64,000 bases of DNA from a virus. Shown one piece after another: positions 28,162-37,412 of the stretch. Within the stretch, counting starts at the first letter, position 1. Every line of letters starts with the position of its first letter. The position numbers and the translations under genes are program-made. The DNA lies in IMG/VR virus record IMGVR_UViG_3300027370_000003, positions 9,436-73,435 of that record. One strand, written 5' to 3'. The notes beneath the pieces were generated by a model. It saw only the letters and a program-made list of their open reading frames with translations, was not told the DNA's origin and did not search any database.

Positions 28162-29727
28162 ATGTTCGGCCAGATCGACCTCAACAGCTCCGGCCTCGGC
28201 AACGCGCTGACGGAGATATTGACTTGCCCGGACATCGAACCCGGCGATCAGCCGTCATACGGCATTTGTAAAACGCTCTGGCTCTACCACGTCCTCGGAG
28301 GAAAACTCGTCGAAGGGCCGATCAAGATAGCCCAATCGCAGCCGCGCGAAATTGCCATTCCTGATTCACCGGAAGACGCAGTTCGTGATCAGTTCGTAAA
28401 GCAGTGGGAAACCGACCGTTGTGATGAAGTGATCTACAACGTGGTCGCTGTTTCCCGGGCCTATGGCATTGGGTCGCTGGCGGTCGTCGCGGAAGGCGTG
28501 CCTCCCGAAGAACCTATCGAGGGGGCAAAGCTCGCTGACCTGCAGATAGCGTTCTCGGTCTTTGACCCGCTGAACACCGCAGGAAGTCTCGTCCTCAATC
28601 AGGACCCGGCGTCGATCGACTTCATGAAGGTCACGGCGATAGCGGTGTCGGGCAAGCCGTACCATCGCAGCCGCACCGTCACGATAATGAACGAGCGGCC
28701 GGTCTATATCGCCTATACGGCGTCGGCCTTCGGTTTCGTCGGTCGTTCCGTCTTCCAGCGGACGCTGTACCCGCTCAAGTCGTTCATTCAGACGATGATG
28801 ACCGATGATTTGGTGACCAAGAAGGCGGGCGTCTTCATCCTCAAACTATCGACCGCTGGCGCGATCATCGACCAGATCATGCAGGCCTCGGCGGCTTTGA
28901 AGCGCGTCTTCATCAAGATTGCCACCATCGGCAACGTGATCTCTATCGGAAAGGACGAGGAGGTCGAGACGCTGAACATGCAGAACATCGACAAGGCGTT
29001 CGGTATGGCGCGGCAGGACATTTTGGAGAACATCGCGACCGGCGCCGACATGCCCGCGATCATCCTAAAGCAAGAGACGTTCGCGGAGGGCTTCGGCGAA
29101 GGGTCGGAAGACGCAAAGATGGTTGCCGGCTACATCGATTCGTTTCGTCGGCACATCCAGCCGGTCTATTCGTTCATGGACGGCATCACGATGCGCAGGG
29201 CCTGGAACAAAGACTTCTACAAGACAATTCAGAGGAAATACCCCGAGGCCTACGGGTCGATGCGCTACGAGGATGCGTTTTATCAGTGGTCCCAGTCGTT
29301 CACGGCGAAATGGCCGAACCTGCTGACCGAGCCCGATTCGGAGAAGGTCAAGACCGACGACGTCAAGCTGAAGGCGATCATTGCGACGGTCGAGGTTTTC
29401 GGCCCGATGCTCGACCCGGAGAACAAGGCGACGCTGATCGGGTGGGCGCAGGACAACATCAACCAGAACAAGCTGATGTTCCAGGAGCCGATGATTCTCG
29501 ACTTGGAGGCGCTGAAGAACTACGAACCGCCGGTCCCGGCCGCGGAGCCGAACGAACCGAAGCCGTTCGCGGCAACCGATTCGGCGACGGCGCGTTCAGT
29601 TCGCCGGCGGGTCATGCGCAAGCTCGACGACGCGGAACTCGACGACCTCGTGACGATGATGAGCCAGAACCCGGCCGGATTGCCCAAGCCGAACGGCCAC
29701 ATTAAGGCCCTGGCGCCGTCGAACTAG
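28162..29727 (+). CDS. portal protein (DUF1073 family)
   Basis: Size, position after terL, HRSR...YTASAFGFVGRSV...GFGEGSED motifs. Confidence 0.9.
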   Translation: MFGQIDLNSSGLGNALTEILTCPDIEPGDQPSYGICKTLWLYHVLGGKLVEGPIKIAQSQPREIAIPDSPEDAVRDQFVKQWETDRCDEVIYNVVAVSRAYGIGSLAVVAEGVPPEEPIEGAKLADLQIAFSVFDPLNTAGSLVLNQDPASIDFMKVTAIAVSGKPYHRSRTVTIMNERPVYIAYTASAFGFVGRSVFQRTLYPLKSFIQTMMTDDLVTKKAGVFILKLSTAGAIIDQIMQASAALKRVFIKIATIGNVISIGKDEEVETLNMQNIDKAFGMARQDILENIATGADMPAIILKQETFAEGFGEGSEDAKMVAGYIDSFRRHIQPVYSFMDGITMRRAWNKDFYKTIQRKYPEAYGSMRYEDAFYQWSQSFTAKWPNLLTEPDSEKVKTDDVKLKAIIATVEVFGPMLDPENKATLIGWAQDNINQNKLMFQEPMILDLEALKNYEPPVPAAEPNEPKPFAATDSATARSVRRRVMRKLDDAELDDLVTMMSQNPAGLPKPNGHIKALAPSN

Positions 29728-29779
29728 ACTTTAGCCATTGAATGGGCTAAAAATCCCAGGTCAACAGGGGAAGCCAATT

Positions 29780-30664
29780 ATGAGTCACCGATGGGACTGC
29801 CCAGACGATTACGAGGCGCGGCAACGGGCACGCCGCGATGCTGAGCGCGACCTGCCGTATAGCGCCGGTTTTACGCCGCACGGTCCTTTCGACTGTGATG
29901 AAGGCAACGAGACCTATCGGCGCGAATATCGCTACGAGTTTGACCGCCTTGAAGAGGAGCGCCGGATCGAACAGCGCCAGCAAGAGCGGCGCCGTCATGA
30001 GCACGAAGAATCGGAACACTACGAGCAGCAGGCGCTGGAAAGCTACGACCAGATGATGGCCGAGCAAGAGTTTCTGTCGCGGCAGGAATCGTGACCACGC
30101 CCGGCAACGGCGAAAGCCGGGACATCGCTCTAAGGGCAGAGCGCGTCCACAAGCTCGCGGTCGACGGCTATATCCGACACGAGAAGGGCCAATGGCTCTT
30201 GACGCTTAAAGGCTGGGCGGTCCTGTTCGCCGAGGCGGAGGGGCCGATTTATAGGCCGAAAGGGAAAAGCCCATGACGGACGAATTAGACCGTAAGCGGC
30301 TAGCTATTTGGGATGAGATGCGAAGCGCACTCAAGGCGTCGATGGTTATCCTTGAAAATGTTCCGTGGCCAGATGATCTAGGAGAAATTCGCCCAATTCT
30401 CGAAAGACGTCGCGATCAGATAAAAAGCACTTTAGAAAAAGTCGACGCCATTAAAGATTCGAAGGGGAAGTCGCCATGGCTGTACTGAAGGCCACAATTT
30501 GCGAATGCTGCGGGACGCTTCTCGTTGACGGCGATTGCACTCCTTGCGCGACCGCCGAGAGGGAAGGCCGTGAATTTGCGGAGCGAACCAATCTGGACGA
30601 GCGCATGAAATTGCACGAACGCCTTTGGACGGAAGCTACGACCAAATCTGACCTAGGGGCATGA
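29780..30664 (+). CDS. four small hypothetical proteins (29780-30094, 30091-30276, 30273-30488, 30476-30664)
   Basis: Tiled insert between portal and MuF. Confidence 0.55.
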
Positions 30665-30665
30665 T

Positions 30666-30935
30666 ATGCTGCGAAGAACCTTTCTCGGAAATATGATCGC
30701 ATCCGCCGCGGCGGCCGTCGCGGGGTTGCCATGGCCCACGCTCGCCGCTACTGCCGTCGCGGGGATTCCGGCGCCGGAAATCGACCCGGAAGATATGCTG
30801 CGCTGTGAGGCCTGCGGCGGCGTCGGCTGGGTCAATGGCGGCGGGTACAGATACCCGGATTGTAGGCATTGCGATGGTTCCGGCGTCATGACCAAAGACC
30901 AAGTCAATGCGTATTGGGATCGGAATATTGGATGA
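30666..30935 (+). CDS. Tat-like signal + CxxCxGxG Zn-ribbon protein
   Basis: MLRRTFLG...AAAAVAG; CEACGGVG...CRHCDGSG. Confidence 0.6.
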   Translation: MLRRTFLGNMIASAAAAVAGLPWPTLAATAVAGIPAPEIDPEDMLRCEACGGVGWVNGGGYRYPDCRHCDGSGVMTKDQVNAYWDRNIG

Positions 30936-31264
30936 GCAGCCCCGATGCTCCGCTTGTGATTCCGCGATTGCCCGAGGGCGATTCCGTCTACAAAGATTTT
31001 CCGGTTGTTGGCAAACCGGGATGGTGGAAAACCATCGACAGCGACGGGCATCCGTTGAAGCCCATAATTCGCTGTAACTGCGGGCACGTCTCCGGCATCG
31101 GCCTGCACTACGTTCATGCCGACGGCCGGGTGACGGCTTCGTTCTACCACAAGCGCGGCAACACCTATCCCGAAGACCCGGAAGGCTGCGAATGGCATGA
31201 ATGGATTAAGCTTGCGGATTGGGACATGGGTGACATTGCGCCCGATCCGAAACGCACGATGTAG
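30932..31264 (+). CDS. Zn-binding protein, remote DUF6527-like
   Basis: RCNCGH...TASF...CEWHEWI. Confidence 0.45.
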   Translation: MSSPDAPLVIPRLPEGDSVYKDFPVVGKPGWWKTIDSDGHPLKPIIRCNCGHVSGIGLHYVHADGRVTASFYHKRGNTYPEDPEGCEWHEWIKLADWDMGDIAPDPKRTM

Positions 31265-31276
31265 GGCATGATCTAA

Positions 31277-32107
31277 ATGCCCAAGCCACAGACCTTTCAG
31301 GAAGTCCTAGCCGCTGCAATCGCGGACATCGCGGAATCGGGATATGACAGCGCAGAGCGTGTTGAAGGTTGGATGCGTAAACTACGCCTTGCCGCCGAAA
31401 CGTCGCTGATCTCCGCCGCCTCGCTCGAACAGCAACTCCGCGACGGCCTAGCCGCCATCTACCGCCGGATGGTCGATCAAGGCGGGGCGCTCCGCTACAA
31501 CCCCGGGATCGAGCGGTTCACGCTGGAGAAGCTCCGGCCGGCGCTGCGCGGGGAACTCGACCGCCGTATCCTGGCGTCCGCGAACCTCATCAAGCTCAAC
31601 CGGGCCCAGGCAATCGACAAGACCCTGCAACGGTTTCAGGGCTGGTCGACGTCGATCCCGAAGGGCGGCGTGTCGGGGGAGACGAAGGCCGAGGTTAAGG
31701 CCAATGTGCGAAAGTCGCTCGCGTCTTTGCCCTTCACCGAACGCCGACTTTTGACGGACCAGGGCCATAAACTTATCGCGTCGATAAACGACATAATCGC
31801 CGCTGACGGAGGTGCCATCGCTGGGCAATGGTCGAGCAGGTGGCGCCAAGCAGGATATGATTATCGGGAAGATCACAAAGAACGCGACGGAAAATTCTTT
31901 CTCATCCGCGATTGTTGGGCTCATGTGGCCGGCCTCGTCAAAAAGGGGAAGGCTGGCTACGTCGATGAAAGCACCGCTCCCGCTCAGGAGCCATTTTGCC
32001 GTTGCAGTTATAAATATGTGTACAATATCAGAGATTTACCTGATGACATGGTGACGGTAAAAGGCAAGAATGCGCTTCGAGAAGTTCGAGAGAAAATGAG
32101 CGCATGA
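31277..32107 (+). CDS. MuF/SPP1 gp7-like head morphogenesis protein
   Basis: IDKTLQRFQGW...DQGHKL...W...YREDHKERDG...PAQEPFCRC. Confidence 0.88.
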   Translation: MPKPQTFQEVLAAAIADIAESGYDSAERVEGWMRKLRLAAETSLISAASLEQQLRDGLAAIYRRMVDQGGALRYNPGIERFTLEKLRPALRGELDRRILASANLIKLNRAQAIDKTLQRFQGWSTSIPKGGVSGETKAEVKANVRKSLASLPFTERRLLTDQGHKLIASINDIIAADGGAIAGQWSSRWRQAGYDYREDHKERDGKFFLIRDCWAHVAGLVKKGKAGYVDESTAPAQEPFCRCSYKYVYNIRDLPDDMVTVKGKNALREVREKMSA

Positions 32108-32922
32108 CCGACCTCCTAATCCACTACATCTACGTGGCCTTCTATCCAAACGGCATCCCTTGCTATGTCGGGAAAGGGAAAGGGGGCCGGTGGCTGCATC
32201 ATCTCACGAAAAGTCATAACAAGCGGCTTGCCGGAGTTGTGAGAAAGGCAGGTGGCAGTATACCGATCATAAAACTCCGCGAAAACTTGACTGAGGCGGA
32301 AGCGTTTGAAATCGAGATTGCGCTTATTGCCGCGATTGGCCGTCGCGATCTGGGAACGGGGCCACTGCTTAATCTGACGGCCGGTGGGGATGGCGTTGTT
32401 GGACATCGACGAACGCCCGCGCAGCGCAAGCAAATGAGCGTATCTAGAAAGGGTATCGTCCCTACCAGGGAGACGGCGGCCAAGATCAGCGCCAAACTGA
32501 AAAACGTTCCGAAAACCCCGGCACATTGCGCCGCCGTCAGCGCGGCTAAAAAGAACGTTCCGCTCGGACCAATGAGCGCATTGCAACGAATGGCAATCGG
32601 CGATGGCCATCGGGGCAGAAAACGTTCGGCAGAGGAATGTGCATCGCTAAAGATAGCGGCTGAAAAACTACGAAATGATCCGGTTCGAAGCGCCCAAAAG
32701 AGTGCAAGAATCAGTGCTGCGCTCACCGGCCGAAAACTATCGCCTCAGACCTGCGCCAAGATCAGTGCCGTCCAGAAGAACAAGCCCAAGGGGCCGATGA
32801 AGGAAACGACGAAGCTGAAACTTCGAGTCGGCAGGATTATAAAACGCTGGTTCGCGGAGCAGCCGGTTTTCGTTTCCGAATATGCGAAGTGGGGAGACGG
32901 CGCGTCGGCCGGCTTGCTATGA
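32104..32922 (+). CDS. GIY-YIG homing endonuclease with NUMOD3-like repeats
   Basis: YIYV...CYVGKG...RW...EAFEIEIALI...GPLLNLTAGGDG. Confidence 0.88.
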   Translation: MTDLLIHYIYVAFYPNGIPCYVGKGKGGRWLHHLTKSHNKRLAGVVRKAGGSIPIIKLRENLTEAEAFEIEIALIAAIGRRDLGTGPLLNLTAGGDGVVGHRRTPAQRKQMSVSRKGIVPTRETAAKISAKLKNVPKTPAHCAAVSAAKKNVPLGPMSALQRMAIGDGHRGRKRSAEECASLKIAAEKLRNDPVRSAQKSARISAALTGRKLSPQTCAKISAVQKNKPKGPMKETTKLKLRVGRIIKRWFAEQPVFVSEYAKWGDGASAGLL

Positions 32923-33389
32923 GCGACCACTTCGACGGGACGCGCAAATCGTGGCTGGCCTATACGGGGCCGGAGAAGAGCCACGCCCGCGCCGATTCGG
33001 CAGGACCAGAAATCGCCCCGAAGATCGGCCCCGAGGCGGAGCGGTATCGGCTGCAGAAAATGGTGGACGGGCTGAAGCGGGACTACGCGCGGATTTACGG
33101 GGCGCCACCAGCCGCCTAAAGTCTGGGAATCAACAGGGAGACTGAAACTATGAAAGCCTCTATCGTCAGCACTGATCGAATCGTCGACGTCAAAGCTGTC
33201 GGCCATCCTGGAATGACGAAAGCCCGCGTATGGGAGGGCATTACCGAGGGCGCCGTTCGGTTCACCGCCTACATCCCTATCGTGCAAGTCCACAAGAGCG
33301 ACGACAACTCGCAATTCGAGCGAGAATTATCCGAACACAAAGCACCGGAAGATTGGACGCGCCGAGCAATCGACGCGCGAATGCTCTGA
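32919..33389 (+). CDS. two small hypothetical proteins (32919-33119, 33150-33389)
   Basis: Tiling; CAACAGGGAG before 33150. Confidence 0.55.
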
Positions 33390-33952
33390 TGAGACTCCGC
33401 GACACGAACAAGCACCAAGACCTCGAAGAACTCAAAGCCTTCGTCAATCTCGCGGTTGAACTCGACGTTCGGCGGTATCTCGAAATCGGGAGCCGCAACG
33501 GGGATTCGTTTTTCGCGGTGATGGCGAACCTGCGGCCGGGCGCGTTCGGGATGTCGATCGACCTGCCGGAGAACGCGGAGACGATGGGCCGGATGGCTGC
33601 GACGCTTATCGAACTGCGCAACATGGGCCAGCGGACGGCCTTGCTCTATGAATCATCGCGGGAAACGTCCGCACTGTGGGCGGCGAAGGCAAACGCGCCG
33701 TTCGACCTCGTCCTGATCGACGGCGACCACACCTACGGCGGCGTGATCTCGGACTGGACCGATTATCAGACGTTCGGGAAGGTCGTGGCCGTGCACGATA
33801 TTGACGCGCCTCCAGGATGGAAATCGAGCGGCCTGCCGAACGAGGTCGGGCGGTTCTGGCACGACCTGAAGGCGATCCTGCGGCCGGAGTTCAAGACCCG
33901 CGAAATCATCACGCCGGGGTCGAAGATGGGCTATGGGGTTGTTTTCCGATGA
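33389..33952 (+). CDS. class I SAM methyltransferase (Methyltransf_24-like, small-molecule/glycan type)
   Basis: YLEIGSRNGDS...LIDGDHTYGGV..DW...VVAVHDI. Confidence 0.88.
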   Translation: MRLRDTNKHQDLEELKAFVNLAVELDVRRYLEIGSRNGDSFFAVMANLRPGAFGMSIDLPENAETMGRMAATLIELRNMGQRTALLYESSRETSALWAAKANAPFDLVLIDGDHTYGGVISDWTDYQTFGKVVAVHDIDAPPGWKSSGLPNEVGRFWHDLKAILRPEFKTREIITPGSKMGYGVVFR

Positions 33953-34362
33953 AAGCAAAAGCCAAAAAACGTGTTAATATTTTTGACGCCTGCGAGCGAG
34001 CTGGAAAAATGCTGCTCGATGCCGGCTTTGAATTTCGCTATCAGTCGAAGATCACCGAGACAAAATACTACGGCCTGCCGGGGCGCCCGCATAATCTCCG
34101 TGTCTCGGCCCATCGATCAAAGCGCGGGCCTATTGGGATGCCCGAGACGGTTGCCAAAATCACTTTCCACGAAGGCGGCTGTGAGACGCCACAATCCATC
34201 GCAATTTCGGATGAGGCGTTTGAGCACATGGTGGCCGTCGCTGTCGGCTTCTACGTGATGAAATCGAACCGGCCGATGGTTTCAAGTTGGCGCGGTAAGA
34301 AAGGCACCTGGGCAACCGTTCATGGCTCTGCGACCGTCGAAGGCGTTCGAGAAGAAGCGTGA
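33949..34362 (+). CDS. hypothetical protein
   Basis: ATGA coupling. Confidence 0.6.
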   Translation: MKAKAKKRVNIFDACERAGKMLLDAGFEFRYQSKITETKYYGLPGRPHNLRVSAHRSKRGPIGMPETVAKITFHEGGCETPQSIAISDEAFEHMVAVAVGFYVMKSNRPMVSSWRGKKGTWATVHGSATVEGVREEA

Positions 34363-35268
34363 ATGCGCGAGGTTTTCATCTCGATTCCAGCGTGGGGTCG
34401 CCACTACGTCGAGATGGCGACCCGCTACACGCTACCGGCGATCTGGGCGTCGCTGCTGGCTTGGGACCGTGATGTCCGGGCAACGTTCATCGTCCACACC
34501 GACGAGCGCACGCTGTTTCGGAGATCGGTCCCCGGCCTGCGGATCGACTTCCGCCCGGTTCAGCGGGGCATAGGGGCGGGCAACCTCGGGGACTGGGTCG
34601 CGTTCGAGCGCGCGCACCGGGAAGCAATTGAGCGGACGCCATCAGGGGCGCTTCTCGTCCTCCTGAACTCCGACACCGTTGTGTCGATCGAGACCATGCG
34701 GGTCGTCGACGCGGCGCTGCGGGGGAAGGTCAAGGTCGGCGTCTCGGTGGGAATCCGGACGCTGATCGACGGCAACGTCTGCCCGATAGGCGTGACTGCG
34801 GATGTCCTAGCGCGGTGGTGCTGGTCGCATCGGCATCACCTGACCGACGATATGCTGTGGGGAACCGGGGCCGCGCAGCAGCCGACGCAGATGTTCTTCC
34901 AGCACGACGACCAAGACCGGGACGTCTCGATGCACTGCTTCCACCTGACGCCGATGTTCATCGTCAAGGACCGGGAATTGAAGTTCGGCGGGACCATCGA
35001 TGACGGGATGCTGGCGAACTACGACGACCACGAGATCGCCTATTTCCGGGACCGGCCGTTCGTGGTGGCGGAGCTTTCGCCGTTCGACAAGCATCACCCG
35101 CACGGCAAGCCTTTGACCAGCGTCGAGGCGGTGACGATGGACGGGACGCGCCGGGTCCAGCCGGCCCACTTGCGGAATTTCAAGCAGCAGTTCACCGTGT
35201 TCGGGAAGCCGCCGCTGCATCCCGCCGCGCAGGCGATCATCGGGGCGCTGGAGAAAATCCGTGTTTGA
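34363..35268 (+). CDS. glycosyltransferase-like (GT-A fold?) protein, paralogue of 47280-48224
   Basis: VFISIPAWG, HTD, HREAI, LLNSD, WGTG, FH..P..IVKDR shared with 47280. Confidence 0.6.
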   Translation: MREVFISIPAWGRHYVEMATRYTLPAIWASLLAWDRDVRATFIVHTDERTLFRRSVPGLRIDFRPVQRGIGAGNLGDWVAFERAHREAIERTPSGALLVLLNSDTVVSIETMRVVDAALRGKVKVGVSVGIRTLIDGNVCPIGVTADVLARWCWSHRHHLTDDMLWGTGAAQQPTQMFFQHDDQDRDVSMHCFHLTPMFIVKDRELKFGGTIDDGMLANYDDHEIAYFRDRPFVVAELSPFDKHHPHGKPLTSVEAVTMDGTRRVQPAHLRNFKQQFTVFGKPPLHPAAQAIIGALEKIRV

Positions 35269-35701
35269 GTGGCGCCGCGTCTTGGACTACCATCGCTGGC
35301 ATCGAAGGCGCCACGTCTTCCTGTTCGTCGACGGGTACGTGCACGAGCTTCACCCGCACAAAAGGATTTGCATCATGGTTCAAGTCACCGCCGGCCACGA
35401 GATCGACATGGCGATCGGCCAACTCGATACTCAGGGGAATCCGATGATCACGCCGGTGGCGTTCGATTCGCCTCCCGTCTGGACGAACGCCCCGAGCGCC
35501 CCGGGCATCGACACGCTGACACCATCTTCGGACGGCACCACGGCGGTCCTGACGACCCTGCCGGGCGACGCGAACTCGACCGACACGGTCACCTTGGCCT
35601 GCCTCGTCGGCGGCGTGTCCTACGGCGCGACGCTCGCGGTCGCGATCTCGGTCGCGCCTCAAGTGCTCGGCAGCGTGACGATTCTCTCCACCGTGAAGTG
35701 A
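35261..35701 (+). CDS. Ig-like beta-sandwich protein (possible virion decoration)
   Basis: QLDTQGNP...PPVWT...TLTPSSDGTTAVL...VTLAC pattern. Confidence 0.55.
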   Translation: MFEWRRVLDYHRWHRRRHVFLFVDGYVHELHPHKRICIMVQVTAGHEIDMAIGQLDTQGNPMITPVAFDSPPVWTNAPSAPGIDTLTPSSDGTTAVLTTLPGDANSTDTVTLACLVGGVSYGATLAVAISVAPQVLGSVTILSTVK

Positions 35702-35985
35702 TCGAACTCCGCCTCACCGACCAAGAGCTTCAGGCGCTCGTCGCGCCGCGCCTCGTCGCGCGGCTCCGCAAGGCCGGGTTCAAGATGGGCCGGACGGAAG
35801 GCGAGTTCCCGTCGTCGATGTTCGTTCCGATCAGCCTGGATCTGGTCGGTTGGTGCAGTTTCACGCGGGACGCCGACGGGTTCTGGACGATTCAGCAGGA
35901 CGAGACCCGGATCGCGGAGGTCGTCGCGGACGCGCACGAGATGCACTACGAGGCGATCACCGGGCGGGAATCGCCGCGGGCTTAG
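35698..35985 (+). CDS. hypothetical protein
   Basis: GTGA overlap with previous gene. Confidence 0.55.
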   Translation: MIELRLTDQELQALVAPRLVARLRKAGFKMGRTEGEFPSSMFVPISLDLVGWCSFTRDADGFWTIQQDETRIAEVVADAHEMHYEAITGRESPRA

Positions 35986-36643
35986 GTCGCCGGGCCGAAG
36001 AAGGTCTTCCACCAACTCGGTTTCGCCGGCGCGATCTCGACGACGCCCCTCTCGGGATCGTGGACGATCATCGGAACGTGGTCGGGCGGCAGTTTGACCT
36101 GAAGCATGGCGGTAGGCTCGAGCGCGACCTTCTTGATCTTCACCTTCGGCTTTTTCTTCGACACGATGGCCTCCTATTTCTCCGGGGCAGCGATGTTGGG
36201 CAACGGCTCGCGGTCGGGCGGGATGGGCCGGACCTGGCTCTGGTGGTTGCGCTGGAAGTCTTCGCATAGGTCGTGCTGATGGCCGGTCATGGCATTGCAG
36301 CGACCAGACGATTCGAACGAATCGTTGACCAAGATCACGTAGAAAACGCCCGCCGTGACGCAAAGCAGCACCACCAAAAGCAAGATGGTGCCGCCGATTC
36401 GGAGGGCGCGTTTCATGGGCCGGGAGGGTTCGGGCCCCGACCCCACCAGTTGTAACCCGATAGTGAGGGCCAAAAGAGCTGGTAGAGGATCAGGATGACG
36501 ACCAGCACGAAGATCACCTTGAGGATGACGATGACCATGCCCGGGAGAACAAGGCCGATGGTCGTTAGCACCCAAAGGATGAGATAGAACGCGAGCGCGA
36601 CGAAGCAGATGTAGATCAACGCTCGAACGACTTGTCCAAACAT
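35982..36643 (-). CDS. antisense three-gene moron: 36413-36643 (2-TM), 36174-36416 (1-TM), 35982-36164
   Basis: Strong RBS (AAGGAGG, AGGAGG), ATGA overlap, extended -10 TGG-TATGAT at 36711-36719. Confidence 0.7.
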
Positions 36644-36747
36644 GGTTTCCTCCTTCGGAGGGAGAGCGCGAGCATATTTTGTCGCTCCCGTAATCCTGTG
36701 GTAAGGAACCATCATACCACCTTTTAAGTTCCAGAGGGTTGGGGACC

Positions 36748-37412
36748 ATGCCGCTCGAATCGGGTTCATCCCGCGAAACGATCAGCCACAACATCAAGGA
36801 AATGGTCGAAAGCGGCCACCCGCAAAGCCAAGCCGTTGCGGCCGCACTTTCAAAATCTCGCGGCGACACTATCCCCGCTGGCCTGAATACCGTCATCGAC
36901 GCGGTCTGCTCGATGTGCGACAGCATCGACAAGATGACCGCGCGGCTCGGGGCGCACTGCGATGACCGACGGGTGATTGGCGGTGTCGGGCACGGCGATG
37001 TCGAGAAAATAACGGCGGTGGACGAGTGGTCAGAAGAAGCCCGAGAAGCGGCCGCGCGTGCGAAAGGCAAAGGCGTCGCTGAACGGCTGGCGGCGAGAAA
37101 AAAGGAACGCGAAGCCGGGAGAGATCGGGACCTTACGAATCTGGGCAACGGACCGATGGCCTGGAGCGGGGTTAATAAAAAATGACCCGCGGCGAACGGT
37201 TTACCATCGGTCGTCAGCTCTGTCAGGATTTTCTGCGCGGCGACGCTGATATTGCGGCGCTCGGAGAAGGCAATCGCCGGAATCTTCATCAATGCCCGAA
37301 GTGTGAAGGCAATCGGGCATGGTACGACAACTGCCACGGCGACCATCACGACGGCGGCTGGGAGACGTGCCAGCCCGGTGCCTATGCTGACCCGCCGGAA
37401 GAAGACGAATGA
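36748..37412 (+). CDS. head-region small proteins (36748-37185, 37182-37412)
   Basis: [34 protein letters not shown] motif commonly found upstream of DUF2213 proteases. Confidence 0.65.
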
